64,000 nt of DNA. Origin: Tubiluchus corallicola (lineage: Eukaryota; Animalia; Priapulida). The stretch is from contig JAQGDQ010000003.1 in NCBI GenBank assembly GCA_030141605.1, positions 2,852,001 through 2,916,000 of the forward strand, in the 5' to 3' direction. The translations under genes and the position numbers were made by a program. The notes under the pieces were generated by a model that ran no database searches, was not told the DNA's origin, and saw only the letters and a list, made by a program, of their open reading frames with translations. Of this stretch, positions 40,501-53,882 are shown piece after piece (the stretch's first letter is position 1; the number at the start of each line of letters is the position of its first letter).

Positions 40501-43500
40501 CCGACAATAAAAATACTTGTTTCCCCCTAATAGCCAGCTAATTTTTTTTATTGCACACCCGGCCGAGAATTCTATAATTTTTTTGTACGCTCATATACTT
40601 ACCTGGCACACGCATGTGAAAGCGAGGTTTAGTAGTTTAAAACCTGAAATGCAATAATTATTATAACACATTGTTTCAGCGAGGATGCAGCCATGTTTTT
40701 CTATGGCTAACTCTCAGCCAGGGTTGCTGTTTTGAATAAACGATGCTGATTATCGTATTGGAGGCTAAAGATTATCGTATTTCGTGCCAAATTATCATAT
40801 TAAGCCGAGTACCGAATGCCCTTTATACCATAATTATAAAAACACACGTTCATACTGTACAAAAAAAGAGAATGTACAATAACCAATAATGCAAAACAAA
40901 AACTTAAAAAACAAAGCGTGAAAAAATGTGCACTGAAAAAAATGTAACACATTATTACTAAGCAGTCAAAAATAAACAAACTGGTTTTAATTGATTTTGA
41001 ATATTTCATGATTCAGCTTTAAACATTCACAAAGCTTTAAAAAGTTTTTTGAAAGAACCTTTTTTGCTTCCTAATGACATTTTCTGAGCTCACGAGGTAA
41101 GACAGAAACAATTTTTTTGTGGCAACCTTATATAAAAGCTATAAGTGTAACTGAAACCTGGTAGTCTACTAATAGTATAGTCTAATGGAATCAAATTTAA
41201 AGCTAAAACCAAATTAAATTTTTTCTGGTATTTTATCTCCATTTTCTAAAACGATTTATAAAGTAAGAGATGATACAAAAAGAAACCATTTACCACCACT
41301 TTGGACAATCTGTTGCGTGCAAAACTTCCCAGTAACAACAGCAGCTGGGTGAAAATCTGGCGAATTCTCTTGAGTCATGAAGATACTGCCTTTAAGTATA
41401 GCTAGCACTGCATGATGAGCTGCTTTTCTTACCTAAAAAATCATATTATACATGTGAGCAAACTACATGTGAGCAAAACATGTGTTGCTCTTGCAATACA
41501 GCAGAAATACATGACATCATTTTGCAATATCGCTGATACTATTTCTCTTTACTAGCACTCAACTTAACTAAAGAGAGAAAGTGCTATGAGAATTGTAATA
41601 TCTACATGCCCAACTGACTTTGCGACCGATACTTATATTTAAACAAAGGTAAAAAATGTTTACTTAATAAGTTAGTTATAAACAGAATTTCTCCTGTACA
41701 ATGTTTAAGTCTAAATTCATATGACCAAATTCATTTATTTTAACTTTATAATAGAACAACAAATGAGTAGACTGAGCAATGCCAGCAACAGTTTTGTAAG
41801 TTATCGTGCTATGGTGGAGCAGGGTACTTTATAAATGCAATAAATTTTTAGAATACTATAATTGCAGCAATGAACATATCCAACACAATTTTTTATACAA
41901 TCTCTATTTTATGAGACATAAAACACAATTGTAAAAGCATCAAACATTACTCCTAACAATAATAAAAAGTTACAGGATTTTTTATTATTGTTCCAATTTT
42001 TATGATTAAGAACCACTTCAGAGTTATTATTTGCAATAATTTTTCCATAAATATATCTGTTGAGTTTAGAAAATTGTGTAAAAATATTGATACCTTTGGT
42101 TTTGAATGAGCTGTAAAATTAAGGATAGCCCTGTAAAGTTGAATAGTAGATGAATCTGACCAGACTGCTTGTTCTTGAACTCGCAGAACAGCTGCTAAGG
42201 ATACTATAGCCTAAAAAAATGTAATGTGTGGTCGCAGAAAAAATGTCACATAATTTCAGATATCACACACAACTGCAGCCACTGTGTTAACATGATTGTA
42301 AACACGGTAATTAACAGTGCCTGTATGCATGATATGATAATATGATAATATTATCCAACTGTGTATATTACTAAAATTCTTAAATATGTTTAATTGTGTT
42401 TAAATACTAATTTTTATAATTATATCAGTTTATTGCTTATTTAACTATCTTCTTATTAATAGCCAGCACAGTAGTAAAAATTTGGATGGCTGACTCGATA
42501 AATTGCATTTATTCGCCACCCCTTCACCTATACACAGTAACGAAAATTTATGTTATTATGTCATATTTTGTCAATTTTCGTGATATTGTACTAATATTTT
42601 GTACAAACAGTTGAAAAATAAACAAATTCTAATTCTTATTCTAATAGATGCGCTGGAATGTAACTCTCAAAGTAAAATACAACGTAATTCTTTTCCGACA
42701 GGCATATACAACTGTCTGGCTTTGATGGTCGGCAAAATCACAGCTATAAAGGTATTCTCAGAAAATATTCTGAAAAGATGTCAATGACTACAAATATGTC
42801 AAAATTCTGGGAGTAAACAAACATATTTTACAATTTTCAAGCTTTTAAAAATGATCCAAAAGCTAGATGGAAAACTAATAATGAAATTATTAAAATAAAA
42901 CCCCAGAGCTGTTCATCATTCTAACTTATGTATAATAACAAAATAATAACTGATGCTGGGGAAATAACAAATGTCTTTAATAAATATTCAGTTGTAGTAG
43001 GGGCAAACATAGCAAAAAGTATTAGAACTACTGACAAAACTTAATGATTGCCTTGTTAACATTTTCACGTCTGAGCAAACAAATGAGTTGGAAGTCTTTA
43101 ACGTTCTGTACAAATTGAAAAGAAGAATTCTGATTCTGATAAAAAGTGATAATTCTAGAAAATATCTAATAAAGATCAGCTATTTATAATTTATCAAATT
43201 GCAAAAAAAGATTCCCTGAGCCACTGAAACATTCAAAGTGACACAGGTTACAAATCTGATAGTAAATGAACTGCATAGCACTACAGACCAATTTCGTTAT
43301 TCAACATTTTTTCAATCATCGAACAAATGCATTTAAACGACTTTTGGCATATATCACGACTGATAATTATATCAGTTTAGCTTCAGAAAAAAAACAGAGA
43401 GAGGGAGTGACTTCGCTTTAACTGAAATATTAGACACAATATCAAAAGCTATGCTGACTACATTGAATATTTGTATGTTTTTTATAGGTCTTTCGAAAGC

Positions 43501-46500
43501 ATTCAACATACTATTGTTTTGAAAAAATTAAAAACTACAGAATTGTAGGTAATGCATTTTCCTGGCTCAAAAGTTTTTTAGACTGGATGTTAAAGATGTG
43601 GTGGACAAAAATCTACCTGTGCTTCTTGTTACCTGCCAATGCACCCCAATGTCTTTATTATATAAAAATGATATATCCAACTGCAGTAATTTACTTGTTA
43701 TTTAGATCATTTACAGACAACATTAACATATTCTATACAGAAGTTTGTCCTGGAAAAGAAAGTGTCAAGAATGAAGAACTATCTAATTATTTGGCAACTA
43801 ATAAATTGTTATTAAATATAAAAAATGTAATTTTAGGCTTCTGAGATCAGATAAACAACTCTTAGCTAGACAGTTCAGTATAATTTAATCTATAGTATGT
43901 TATGAAATGTTCATATACAGTAGGCGCCACTTAATAGACTCACTTTGGGATCGAAGCATTTTCACCCAATTAACCGACAGAGCCTATTAACCGATGGGTG
44001 CAGTATTAATGGTATAAGAAGAATAAGTCACCAGCTTAGCATGCACTGCAAAGGTTTTTAATGAATTTTATAATCAAAGTCATGCCTAAATTCATACGAG
44101 CAGTTAAACATTTAGAAAAATATCTTAAAATATTAATGAACTTTTCTAAATCACACAAGTCTGTTTATTTGCAAAAATTACAAAAATTACAAAGTCGACT
44201 GCTTCATTTTATCGGAAGAAACCGGCTTACAAGTTCTCAAAATGATAAAAATGTTGAAAGTCTGTTGTTGTATGATACACAAATTCCGTAAAATACTTAG
44301 TGCTTAGCGTGTTTAAACTGATGGTGGTGTCCGTGTTTCCCCGCAGCTTCATCTAAGCTCTTGATACTATAATTGCCATGTAGTTACTGTACTTTACCTG
44401 CGTCCCTTGACATAACAGCAACATCTAACTGATTAAACTTTCTGGCAAAGACAGCCAGAGCTTCAAAAGGAAATGGCTAGGCAAGTGATTAAATGTTTAG
44501 CTTCCAGGAATTCTTCAGTAACGAGGTTAATTGCAGTGGAGGGGCGGGTCAAAGAAACCATTAGGCTAGCATAATTAGCATATACTAAACGTTCCAGTTT
44601 ACAAACAAAACGGCACTTTACATGATTGTTTCTATGTATATTATAGGATAAAATCAAACTAAGATGATATAAAAGTCATAAAAGCTTATTAGTCACACGA
44701 AGGTGTCTTACTGAAGCATGTGAAACAAAAATATTGAGTCAGTCAATTATGCGGAGCTATTTGAGTCAATTACCGATAGCTGTATGTATAAATGGCCCGT
44801 ACCAGGTGTTTTTGAGCCAATTAAGCAATTGAGTCTATTAACCGTAAGTCCATTAAAGCGGCGCCTACTGTAATTTAAATTATTGATTAATTATTGTTTA
44901 GGAGGACAACTAGATAGTTAAAACATCTCACAAGGTTTCATTAAATTTAAACTATATTAATTTCTGTATAAAACTATGTTTAATGTTCATTGGGAAATAA
45001 ATATTCTTATCTTATCTTATAATGCTGTGAGCCTTTCAAGTGTTAGCAAGCTTAAGCATTTTATTGCTAAGACCAGTTCGTGAAAAAATGTCCTTTTGAA
45101 ACAACTGGAAAGTCAGTACGTAATCAGGCAGAAACAAATATATTTCTGTTGCAATGGAGCATTTAAGTACAAGGAAGACTGTTAGATCTTTGAACAGAAA
45201 AGCTTGTTGTACTTACTGATCTCAGCAAAGATGCCGAGGAAGTATTCACATGTTTAACGAGAATGTTCACAAACACTTGAGAAAATGCTGAAAACTTCAA
45301 CTTTAGCACCGAGGATGGAGTCCTGAATAAAGAAATAGTATAGGAAAATTGACATATGACATTTCTAAACACTACGACAGAACACTGTTAACTACTGTTT
45401 ATACAAAAATAAATATTTACATAATGTTGAAACTCAAAGCTCTGTACTTAATAGAACAGATATGCTGTTAACTGTCACTAGAGTTTGCCAGTGTTGAAGA
45501 ACCGTGTGGAAGCCGTAATGTTATTCAAATTTGTAGGTATCAAGCTGGTCTTGATTTTCATCAGTGCCACCTGTCATTCTCCAAATGAATAGCTAATAAT
45601 AATGCATGCTGGTGATTCAGCTAGGACAGCCCGTTTATAGCAGGGGCGTAAATGGTGCAGTGTCTCTAAAAACTACAAATTAACCTTTAGCCAACTAAAG
45701 GGTTTTCATATTATGGTACAAATTACCCCAGTGAATGTTTTGCAACATGTTTTATGGCGATGCTTGCCAGCAAACTTGCTGAAAACGATATCGGCGTAAA
45801 ATCTTGTTTTTCTTCCCTGTTTGCCGTACAGAGTGCACCTGTCTAATGAGCGTGTCACGGCAGCAGGAGACAATTATGTTGCTGCTCATGGTGGTACAAA
45901 ACCAAATTCCGTAGCAAGGTGATGTAGGTTACTATGATGACACACAGGAGAATCTGGTGACATTTTATTGTTCATGCGACGTTTTAGTACAGCCTTGTGC
46001 TAGTCCTTCTAAGAGGTTGTTGATGTTCAACATGTCTGTAAAATAACCACACTTCAGCACCACTTACTGAGTCTTCTAAAATTTCATCTTCACCAGACAC
46101 ATCAAGGAATCAGTAGCTTCCTGTTTAGTAAAAATTCCTATCTTACTGCTAAATGAAAAATGTCCACAAATGTAAATGTGTCTGAGCAAATCAGATTTTT
46201 TTCATAGCTACAGGCTGAATTTGGAGGTCTGCAACACTTCTCAGTTGTTAATGTAAACATGATGTGCTGCCAGTAAGGAAAATATTGCAACGTCTAAAAT
46301 TTTTCCCATGTAAAAGACCATGAGAGATGATAAGTTACCCCATGGCCTGGTAGCACCTATGACTCGTGCTTTGTAACAAAGTATGAATAATAGTTTCTAA
46401 CAATAGTGAGACATGGTAGTATAATAAATTAAAAAATATTTAATCACTGCTAGTTTGGAAAATTGTCATCGTATGGGTCAATACAAAAAATGAGAGCAAA

Positions 46501-49500
46501 CATGCTGTAACTTTTTTTACCCCACCTTGGTCAACTAACACAAAAAGCGACTGCATAAATTATATTTTGTAAGTGCATGAATGGAGAAATTTCCATGAGT
46601 GACTGTACTAAGTTTCACACACATGAACACAAAAATGTAGGAACTTGGTCCTGGTACAACTACAATTGGCCTGCAAAAAAGCAAGCTACGGTGTCTTGAC
46701 AGAGATGAAATTTGTCTTGAAATTCACTTGAACCTCTGCTTTTAGATCCTAAAATATTTAATAATAACTTATCATTTCATTTCTTTGCTAAAGTTCTTTT
46801 TTCTTTGATTTAGCTTTCTCTTTATAGTACACATTTTCATACAAGCTGCTTTGGTATTAATTCAGAAATGAGAAGTTAGAGAACACCTCTTCAAAAACAG
46901 TTATGTGCAAAGTAACTGTGAATGAAAATTGTTCACGTGGACAAAGTTCAGAGTTTTGATGTCATTCTACTGAAGGACTACTGTAGACAAGGTATTAGAA
47001 TGGTCTGAAAATTTGTTAATCCAAACTTGGGTTTGTTCTTGATCTTGAATCGTACATACTGCCTTAATAAATTAATCCTGTACATATATAAGAGAGATTA
47101 GCAAACAATATTATTTTATATTATAATATAACAAAACTAATATTATATGTACATTGTATCTGGTCTTTTGCCAAGAATAAACAGACAAAATATTAGGTCA
47201 ATCAGGAGTCAGTGTCTAGAATCACTAATCACTGCTTCTAAAGACTTGTATACAGCTTGTCTGAAATCTATTCTGGTCCCCTCAATATCCAGGAATAATT
47301 GCAAAATGACTTCGCACTCTATTAAGTATGCGCTCAAATTCAATCATTGCAAACCCTTTTTGAACGTGCTTATCTTCTTGCTATTCCATCAAAGGTGGAA
47401 TTAATCCAAGTCAAAAGAAAATGCTGTTCAATTATGTTGTAGCCTATAGTAACTTACCTTTTAATAACCAGACTAATAAGGTAAAGAACAGCTGTCATGG
47501 ATTCCTCATTATCCACAGATTCCAAAGCAGTCATCTGGGACATAAAAAAATATCTAGTCAGAAACATACTGCATGAACAAGTTACAGCAAGAATTGCATA
47601 TATCTAAAACTAAAATATCACAATTATTTGTAAACAAAAATTTTTTATCTATTAAATGTTTAAACTAACATATAACTTTAAGTTAGTCATTTCCACCAAT
47701 CAGTTAAATTCAAATATTACAATACATAATTTATAATTAATGAACACAAAACCAAGTGGTTCATTTAACACTTGCAATAGTAGATAAACCAGGCGACTGA
47801 CAAAAGAAAGCAAATGTAGTGAGAATCTTCTTTGCTTCTCATCGTACTATCAATAATTTATAATATGAATAAAAGTATACAAGTCACTCAAGCAAAAACT
47901 CCACAAATGTACTTTTTCAAACCTTAGTTTCATAAGTATCGTAAAAGAAACTGCAGCAGGAAATTAAACAGAGTTGTTATAAATAATACAAACCAGTGCT
48001 GCTAGATATTCAGTTTCGGTTTCTTTTCCTCCTCTTAATTTTATAACTTCAGTAACTGCAGCCAGTATAGCCAAAATCTGCGAAAATATAATATTAATAT
48101 TATTTGTTGTAGTAAATAGTAATCATAACAGCATACTAGCTTATAGTAATACTTTGTAAAAACATCAACAACTATAGCAGTTACTATCTTCTAACATCTA
48201 GCTACATTAGACTAAAGGTGTTATTTATGAAGAATAAATTGTGTAAACTGCATATATGTCAATGTACCTCTTTATGGCTAGCAGAATTTGATTGCCAATA
48301 TCGATGTACTTTACTAAATGACACATTTGTGCACTCTGTGAAGTTTGTGAGAAATGATGCAACTGATTTCCCATCTTGGCTTTCTATACCAGCATAAGCT
48401 GTAGTTGCACCTGCACTTGTTTCCTCATTATGCTTTTCTAATGCAGTTCTTGTTAAGTTCCCTGTTCCTAAAATATGAAAAATAAAGCATATAGAAAAGA
48501 TAACAAACTAAACGAAAAGTCAAAAATCATCATAATGACTAATGCAGAATGCAGATAAACATTAATACCAACATAGTGTCAGGCATGAATGAGAATTGGG
48601 TGCCATTTATCGCACTAGCCTATATGGTGCATACAGCACAAGCACGATATATGGGCTGCCCAAATATCACACCACTATCTCTCAGAAACTAAGCCGAGTT
48701 TTCCTTAGTGGCAAGGTCTTTCTCCTGGGTTATTTTAGTAATAATAATTTACAATATCATATAACATTTAAATAATTAATTAAATATAATTATACATTAG
48801 AATGTGGTTGTGGGGTTTGGGGTTTGTGTTTTTTTTGGTGTGGGGTGTGTGGGGTTTTTTTTGTTGTGTGGTTTGTGTTTTTTTTGGTTGGGGTGTTGGT
48901 GGGGGGTTGGGGGTTTTTTGGGTGGTGGTTTGGGTGATTAGATAAAATAAAATATGAATTCTCAGCCACTCTAGTGCCAAATATTTGACTGAATTAGCAA
49001 TACACTTCCATGGAATGTATTATTCTACAAAAAAACGAATTATAGCAAAGAGATAAGAACAAAGTAAATAACACACTGAACTACAATAACACTATACAAT
49101 AAAAATAGATACTGCGTCAGGTCTACAGTTACAGCCAGTGTTTGGTACACAATATACGCACAAAATACAAGAATGACTACTATTCAATGCATGAATACAA
49201 TACATAACAAAATTTTAGACATTTGCTATAATAGAACGAACCCAACAAAAATTTAGATGTCTCAACAAATTTAATTCATTTAAATATACCTTCACATTAA
49301 TTAATAAGTTGTTAAAATCTACAAATAATTAAAATTTGATACCAAGCCACTACCAAGGAAAAGATTTACAGCCAAAAGAGTGAGCAAAAAGCAGTATTTG
49401 GGTTGCCCATATAACGCACTGGTTCTATTTGCAAATTTAGCACGTGCGGTAGAGCAAATACAAATACAATACAATGGGCTAGTATATAGCGCCCTACAGC

Positions 49501-49819
49501 AATTTAAGCTAGACCTAAGGACAGTGTTACAATGAGGAGAAATAATGTGGCTTATCAATATTAACATAAATCAGTCTTAATGCTGTATGTAGAATAAGGA
49601 TTTTTCTGTAGCGTATTTCAGCATTTAACTTAAGCCTAACCAATCTTTACGTTTAGACTAACCTGGGATAAAATTAAAAAACCTGCTCTTGGCAGCATCA
49701 CGATATCTTTTAAGCTCTGGATTACTGCTGCTACTAAATCCCTTCTTTATTTTTTTAACTTTATTCTTGTTAAATTTTGAAACACGTTTTACACGTGCTT
49801 TACAATGCTTCGACACCAT
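22594..49819 (-). CDS. RRP12: RRP12-like ribosome biogenesis/export HEAT-repeat protein, complete, 31 coding exons, about 1303 aa
   Basis: Exons in transcript order: 49663-49819, 48268-48467, 47994-48077, 47458-47534, 45217-45322, 42094-42210, 41294-41432, 40288-40415, 38470-38568, 37458-37661, 37126-37305, 36762-36940, 35380-35501, 33819-33934, 33478-33589, 33210-33367, 32864-32931, 32362-32455, 31808-31966, 31351-31431, 30904-31018, 30173-30280, 28870-29027, 28650-28741, 26308-26469, 25786-25970, 25585-25704, 24878-25000, 24038-24129, 23771-23853, 22594-22687. Total 3912 nt with compatible phases. RRP12 motifs: [114 protein letters not shown]. Confidence 0.96.
22930..23512 (+). mobile_element. 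hAT transposon 3' remnant (dimerisation domain plus 3' end) in the last RRP12 intron
   Basis: [37 protein letters not shown], then after a frameshift IAILSTERE...ITKDFAIQK; matches the hAT C-terminal S.ERSFS.L..IK.YLRSTM motif. Ends in a TIR-like cgctacactactg at 23500-23512. Confidence 0.8.
26712..27715. mobile_element. hAT-type MITE
   Basis: Imperfect TIRs tagtggtgggc and gcccactaatg. Degenerate 8-bp TSD gtaagcat (26704-26711) and acaagcat (27716-27723). Subterminal gtaatcgattac-like repeats at both ends. Confidence 0.65.
35058..35292. repeat. Degenerate pentanucleotide repeat
   Basis: 5-nt periodic units drifting through ataag, gtgag, acagg and ataac. Confidence 0.75.
35988..36062. mobile_element. 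Truncated second copy (left end) of the 43918 MITE family
   Basis: ta|cagtaagtgccacttaataaactcactttgggattgaag...caattaacc aligns with 43918-43990. No matching right TIR was found. Confidence 0.7.
39481..39799. mobile_element. Putative small MITE
   Basis: taaggtgt...acacctta terminal inverted repeat with a weak inward extension. Confidence 0.35.
40497..41129. mobile_element. Putative MITE with imperfect TIRs of about 27 bp
   Basis: tagggccgacaataaaaatacttgtttc on the left matches the reverse complement of gaaacaatttttttgtggcaacctta on the right; flanks are TA-rich. Confidence 0.45.
42780..43850 (+). mobile_element. Decayed non-LTR retrotransposon reverse transcriptase (CR1/L2-like)
   Basis: Frameshifted RT motifs in the expected order: [31 protein letters not shown] (43282), [15 protein letters not shown] (43481), WLKSFL, FTDN (the FADD position, 43710), NKLLLNIK. 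Confidence 0.75.
43918..44870. mobile_element. Tc1/mariner-pogo type MITE
   Basis: TIRs cagtaggcgccacttaatagactc and gtccattaaagcggcgcctactg, flanked by TA on both sides. Confidence 0.8.
48803..48936. repeat. G/T-only low-complexity tract in RRP12 intron 1
   Basis: 134 nt containing only G and T, aperiodic. Confidence 0.9.
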
Positions 49820-51671
49820 TATAAGTTAAACGAGAATCGAAGACAGTTGGGAACTTAGTAGCTCATGACGGGGAACGCCAGGGAGCCGAGTAAAAAGCCC
49901 TTCATAATAATGAACATCTATGAAGTGCTCGGTGAGGTCTACTTTGCGTACTTCGCGTGGAGCGCACAGGATCATGGGTAAAATGATGTTATTCGACGTG
50001 TAAACAAACCCGCGTGGCAAATTACATTATCGTCAGTTTCAACAACAATTTTAATGGTGTAGAGTGCTGCTACTAATAAAAATGGTAAGAAATTGTAGCT
50101 GTAAACTAGTTGACAAACTTTCTGACAAGTAGAAACTGAGTTTTACAAATCTCAGTTTGGAACGCTATTCAGTAAACTAAAATGCATTAGTATTTTTTAT
50201 ATATATGAAAGCTGAATAAGGAAACTTGTAAAAGACTCACACTATTATTTAATTCATATTATTTTTTTAATTTGCTATATCGGGTTCATTTTTATTAGCT
50301 TTGTTTATTGTAAATATATACAGATTAGTACTAACTATAGTAGTAACTTTTTCAGGAATATACTAAGTGGTCCACTCACACAGCTTGGGTGGCATCAGTC
50401 ATTTAATTTTATAGAAGGAAGAACAGCATGAAATAGTGGACATATTGCCAACAGGAATATCCATTGACAAAATTGGACAACCTTGAAGCTGAAGAGTGTT
50501 GAGAGAGGAAATTTACTTTTTACTGTACATAAAACATAAGTAGACATTGACAAGCTGCAAGCATCGACTTAGCATTATTGTAATTCAAGAGCTGTGTTAC
50601 TGTTGTGGCAAACTGATATGGTTGCAATTTTAACATGTGTAATATGAAGTCTGCTTTAGCTGTTCGTATTGTAAATGCTTGTCCAATTATATGCGTAAAT
50701 CAAACACTGTGACATATAATAGCAGTATTAACTAAAATCGTCATAAGGATTTGAAATTTGGCTCCCCTGATTTACATGTCAACATGTGTGCAAAAGCTAG
50801 TTTAAAATGTTTGTGTTTCCAAGCATATATCAATATATATATATATATATATAAATTAAGCAACAGTCAATTCGACATTGTTTGCAACTTTTTGTATTTC
50901 AGAATAGCAGTGACAACAAGCATATTTAGAACAACATACAACTAAAAACTAACAACTCACAAACTGCAATAGCCTAAGTAACTCACTAATGATTCCACAT
51001 GCATAGCAAACATGCATTAGCATTCCAGCTACATAAGTATTGGCAGCAGTTATTATAAAATGTGTGCGATCCATTATAAAATATTTTAGAGGCTACCAGC
51101 AATAACACAGATAAACAAGACAGCAAGTGTAGTATTCCTTTGTGTGCTGCTTTGTAAATACACCAATAACTGCTGGTTTTACTAGTCTACTAGAACATGT
51201 ATACAAGAAACTGCATTACAGATAGCTGAAAAATATCTGAGAAATGAAATAATCATGAGCCATTTATCTTTTGTGTGGAAAAGAATTGTGAACTTGCAAA
51301 AACATATGTTAACTCTCTCTGCTATTTTCTTATGTGAGGAAAAACTTTTCATTAGTAAGGGTCAGTATAACAGTAAAAATTTCACAACTGCATTGTGTGC
51401 ACAACGTCATTTAAAATCGAAGGCCACAAAATTATTCGTGAATAAGAGTGAGCTGCCAAAAACTGCTCTTAATAAACTAAGACAACAGAAATAGTGGCAC
51501 ACTTTTGCAAACAGCAAAAACAAATGCTTCTTTATTCAAGACTTTTGGCAGCTCTAATGTAATCAGTCAACTAAATAAATGTGATTAAAGTATCATTACA
51601 TGTTAATTGACTTGCAGTAAGTTAGTTAGAAGCAAGTTAAATTGCAGAAGTTTGTGAAAGTTAATAAGCGA

Positions 51672-51852
51672 TACATTAATGATACACAGATTATGATGTT
51701 AATAAATTATAATCATCTGTAATACATCAACCTAAAAATGTCTACAATGAAAATGTATGGTACATTAATGATACACAGATTATGATGTTAATAAATTATA
51801 ATCATCTGTAATACATCAACCTAAAAATGTCTACAATGAAAATGTATGGTAC
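51672..51852. repeat. Perfect 89-bp tandem duplication inside the MULE
   Basis: tacattaatgatacacag...aaatgtatgg starts at 51672 and again at 51761. Confidence 0.9.
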
Positions 51853-51946
51853 TACACTGAAGCACACAACACACACTAAACTGTGCAAATAAAAAATCAA
51901 ATACGAAATTGTATAAGCACCTGTGAGTCACATTCATCAGGAACTA

Positions 51947-53882
51947 CTAGTTTTTGTAATGAGGCCTTCTCAGTTTAGGCAAATGAGTCTGGGAATGGCA
52001 CCTGAACATCTGTAGTTTTCCTGCACATGGAGAGTGGTGGCTTGTAGAAATTTTTAGGGAGTCCGCTCTCTCTCCAACTCGTCCCGAAGCTGGATGCTTG
52101 GACTTGTGCATTGGCAGTGGAACAGGTAAGCTCTGGTCAAGCCTTGCTTTCTTTCTTGCAGGACAAGCACTTTCTAACTCTAAGGTCAAACCATTGTCTT
52201 TCTTCACCAGTTTTGTGGCTTCCTCAAGACATTCGTCTACTAAAGCTGTCCAATTTCTAAACTGATCTGGGTCAGCATCCTTGCTGAATTTGTAAGTCAG
52301 GTCAATTACCTGTTTCAAAGTGGACCTTGCTGATATCAGATGGTTTTTGAATTGGCCATGCCTCAATGGTAATTCAGCAATTTAAAAGTTTGCCGCCCCA
52401 TCTGGTTCATCTTCTATTTCGCTGCTATCAGACACCTCATGGTACTCTCTCTTGAATGAAACATGGTCATCTGGAACTCCATGAGTGCTCTGTTCATCTT
52501 GAGGTTGAAATTTGACAGTGCCGTCTATGAGCTCCCAATCCAAGTTCAGAACAGGATGTTCCCTATAGAGGCTGCTAATGTCCTCCCAACCGAAACCTAC
52601 ATTTGCCTTGATGATGGCGAAAAAATGCTTGCACAGCATTCTCGAATGTTGGAATGAAGGGCAAGAGCAAGAACAGCACTCATCACCATTACCAAATTTT
52701 ACGGTATAAATAGTGGAGGCATCTTGTTCGCTGGAGACATTGAACGTCTTATGTCCAATTACTGTAACTGAGGCTACCTAAAAATATGAAACAGTAAGTA
52801 CTTAACCTGAAAATACAAGGCATTATAGCAGCAAATGGTGCCTATTGAAGATTTACTTATACAGAACTACGTGTATTGTATCGCTAACCTGTACAGAAAG
52901 CACATTACATCAACAACATCATGTATTGCAATATATTGCCGAACACTAAGAAATGTGATGTAATACTTATAAACTGAAATCCATTATTGGGTCAGTCTCA
53001 TCTTTACAGCCCTCAGCAGCCTCTACAGATGAGGAGCAGGGCCTGAAGAAACTGAGGTGAGTTGGGTTGATTTCCCCTAACATTCTCTCAACATTGACTT
53101 GATCAATTTTTGCAAAACGGCATTTAAGTTTATACTTGGTAATTAAATTAGTCAAGTCCTTTGCATGTGGAAAGTACCTGTAATGACAGAGAATTTTATT
53201 AAGTACACATAGTGCCTTGACATACGGTGGTATCTTATCCAAACAGGCTGTGTTAGGGTTTGTATCAAGATGTACAAATTTTACAGATAGGTTTGTTATG
53301 GAAAAGATGTATCACGCAGTAAATATAAACTCTTGATATTTTATATATTTTTCAATCTCATTGGTGATTTTCAAAAATTTCAGTTTAATATGCAGTATCA
53401 TATCATGTCATAGTAGTTTTTCATATCATATGCAGTGTTTATGAATATAGGCCCCTGAATGACTATTAATATAGTAGTATTAGTACTATTAAGTATTATA
53501 ACAGAATTCAGACAACAAAACTCAAGACTCTGCATAATTCGATTCTCTGTAATTCAGAATATCTTTCATCTCAGACAGATTCAATAGTAAAGACTTCTTT
53601 CTTTATATCTTTATGCTTAAAGCTATTTAGGCCAACACTGCCTTTCTTTTCAAAATATTTTACTAATTATTATTAACATATAATTTGCAAACGCCTGCCA
53701 TGTGCCACAACTTACTTGGCTATGACACTATTGTACTCCAAGACTATAGACACTTACCGACGTCATCGCTTCTGCTGCGACTCAACTACATAATGAGTTG
53801 TAATATCCAATTCATGTTGTTTGATCACTCGAACGCAATCATTCACATCGGATACTACAACAGTCTTGTATGCAGCAACCAT
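51947..53882 (-). pseudogene. Spliced MULE transposase remnant (SWIM zinc finger; no DDE core recognised; premature stops)
   Basis: Pieces: 53758-53882 (MVAAYKTVVV...QKR*R, then gtaagt donor), 52967-53177 (YFPHAKDLTNLITKYKLKCRFAKIDQVNVERML...FFRPC) and 51947-52777 (acceptor, ...YTVKFG..CSCSCPSFQHSRMLCKHFFAII, a CxC-x-CxH SWIM motif). An in-frame TAA at 52382-52384 separates the two track ORFs. Confidence 0.8.

Noticed and set aside
47190-47400. Penelope RT-like peptide on the minus strand ([17 protein letters not shown]...AVYK)
   Set aside because: Too short and degenerate to call without a profile search.
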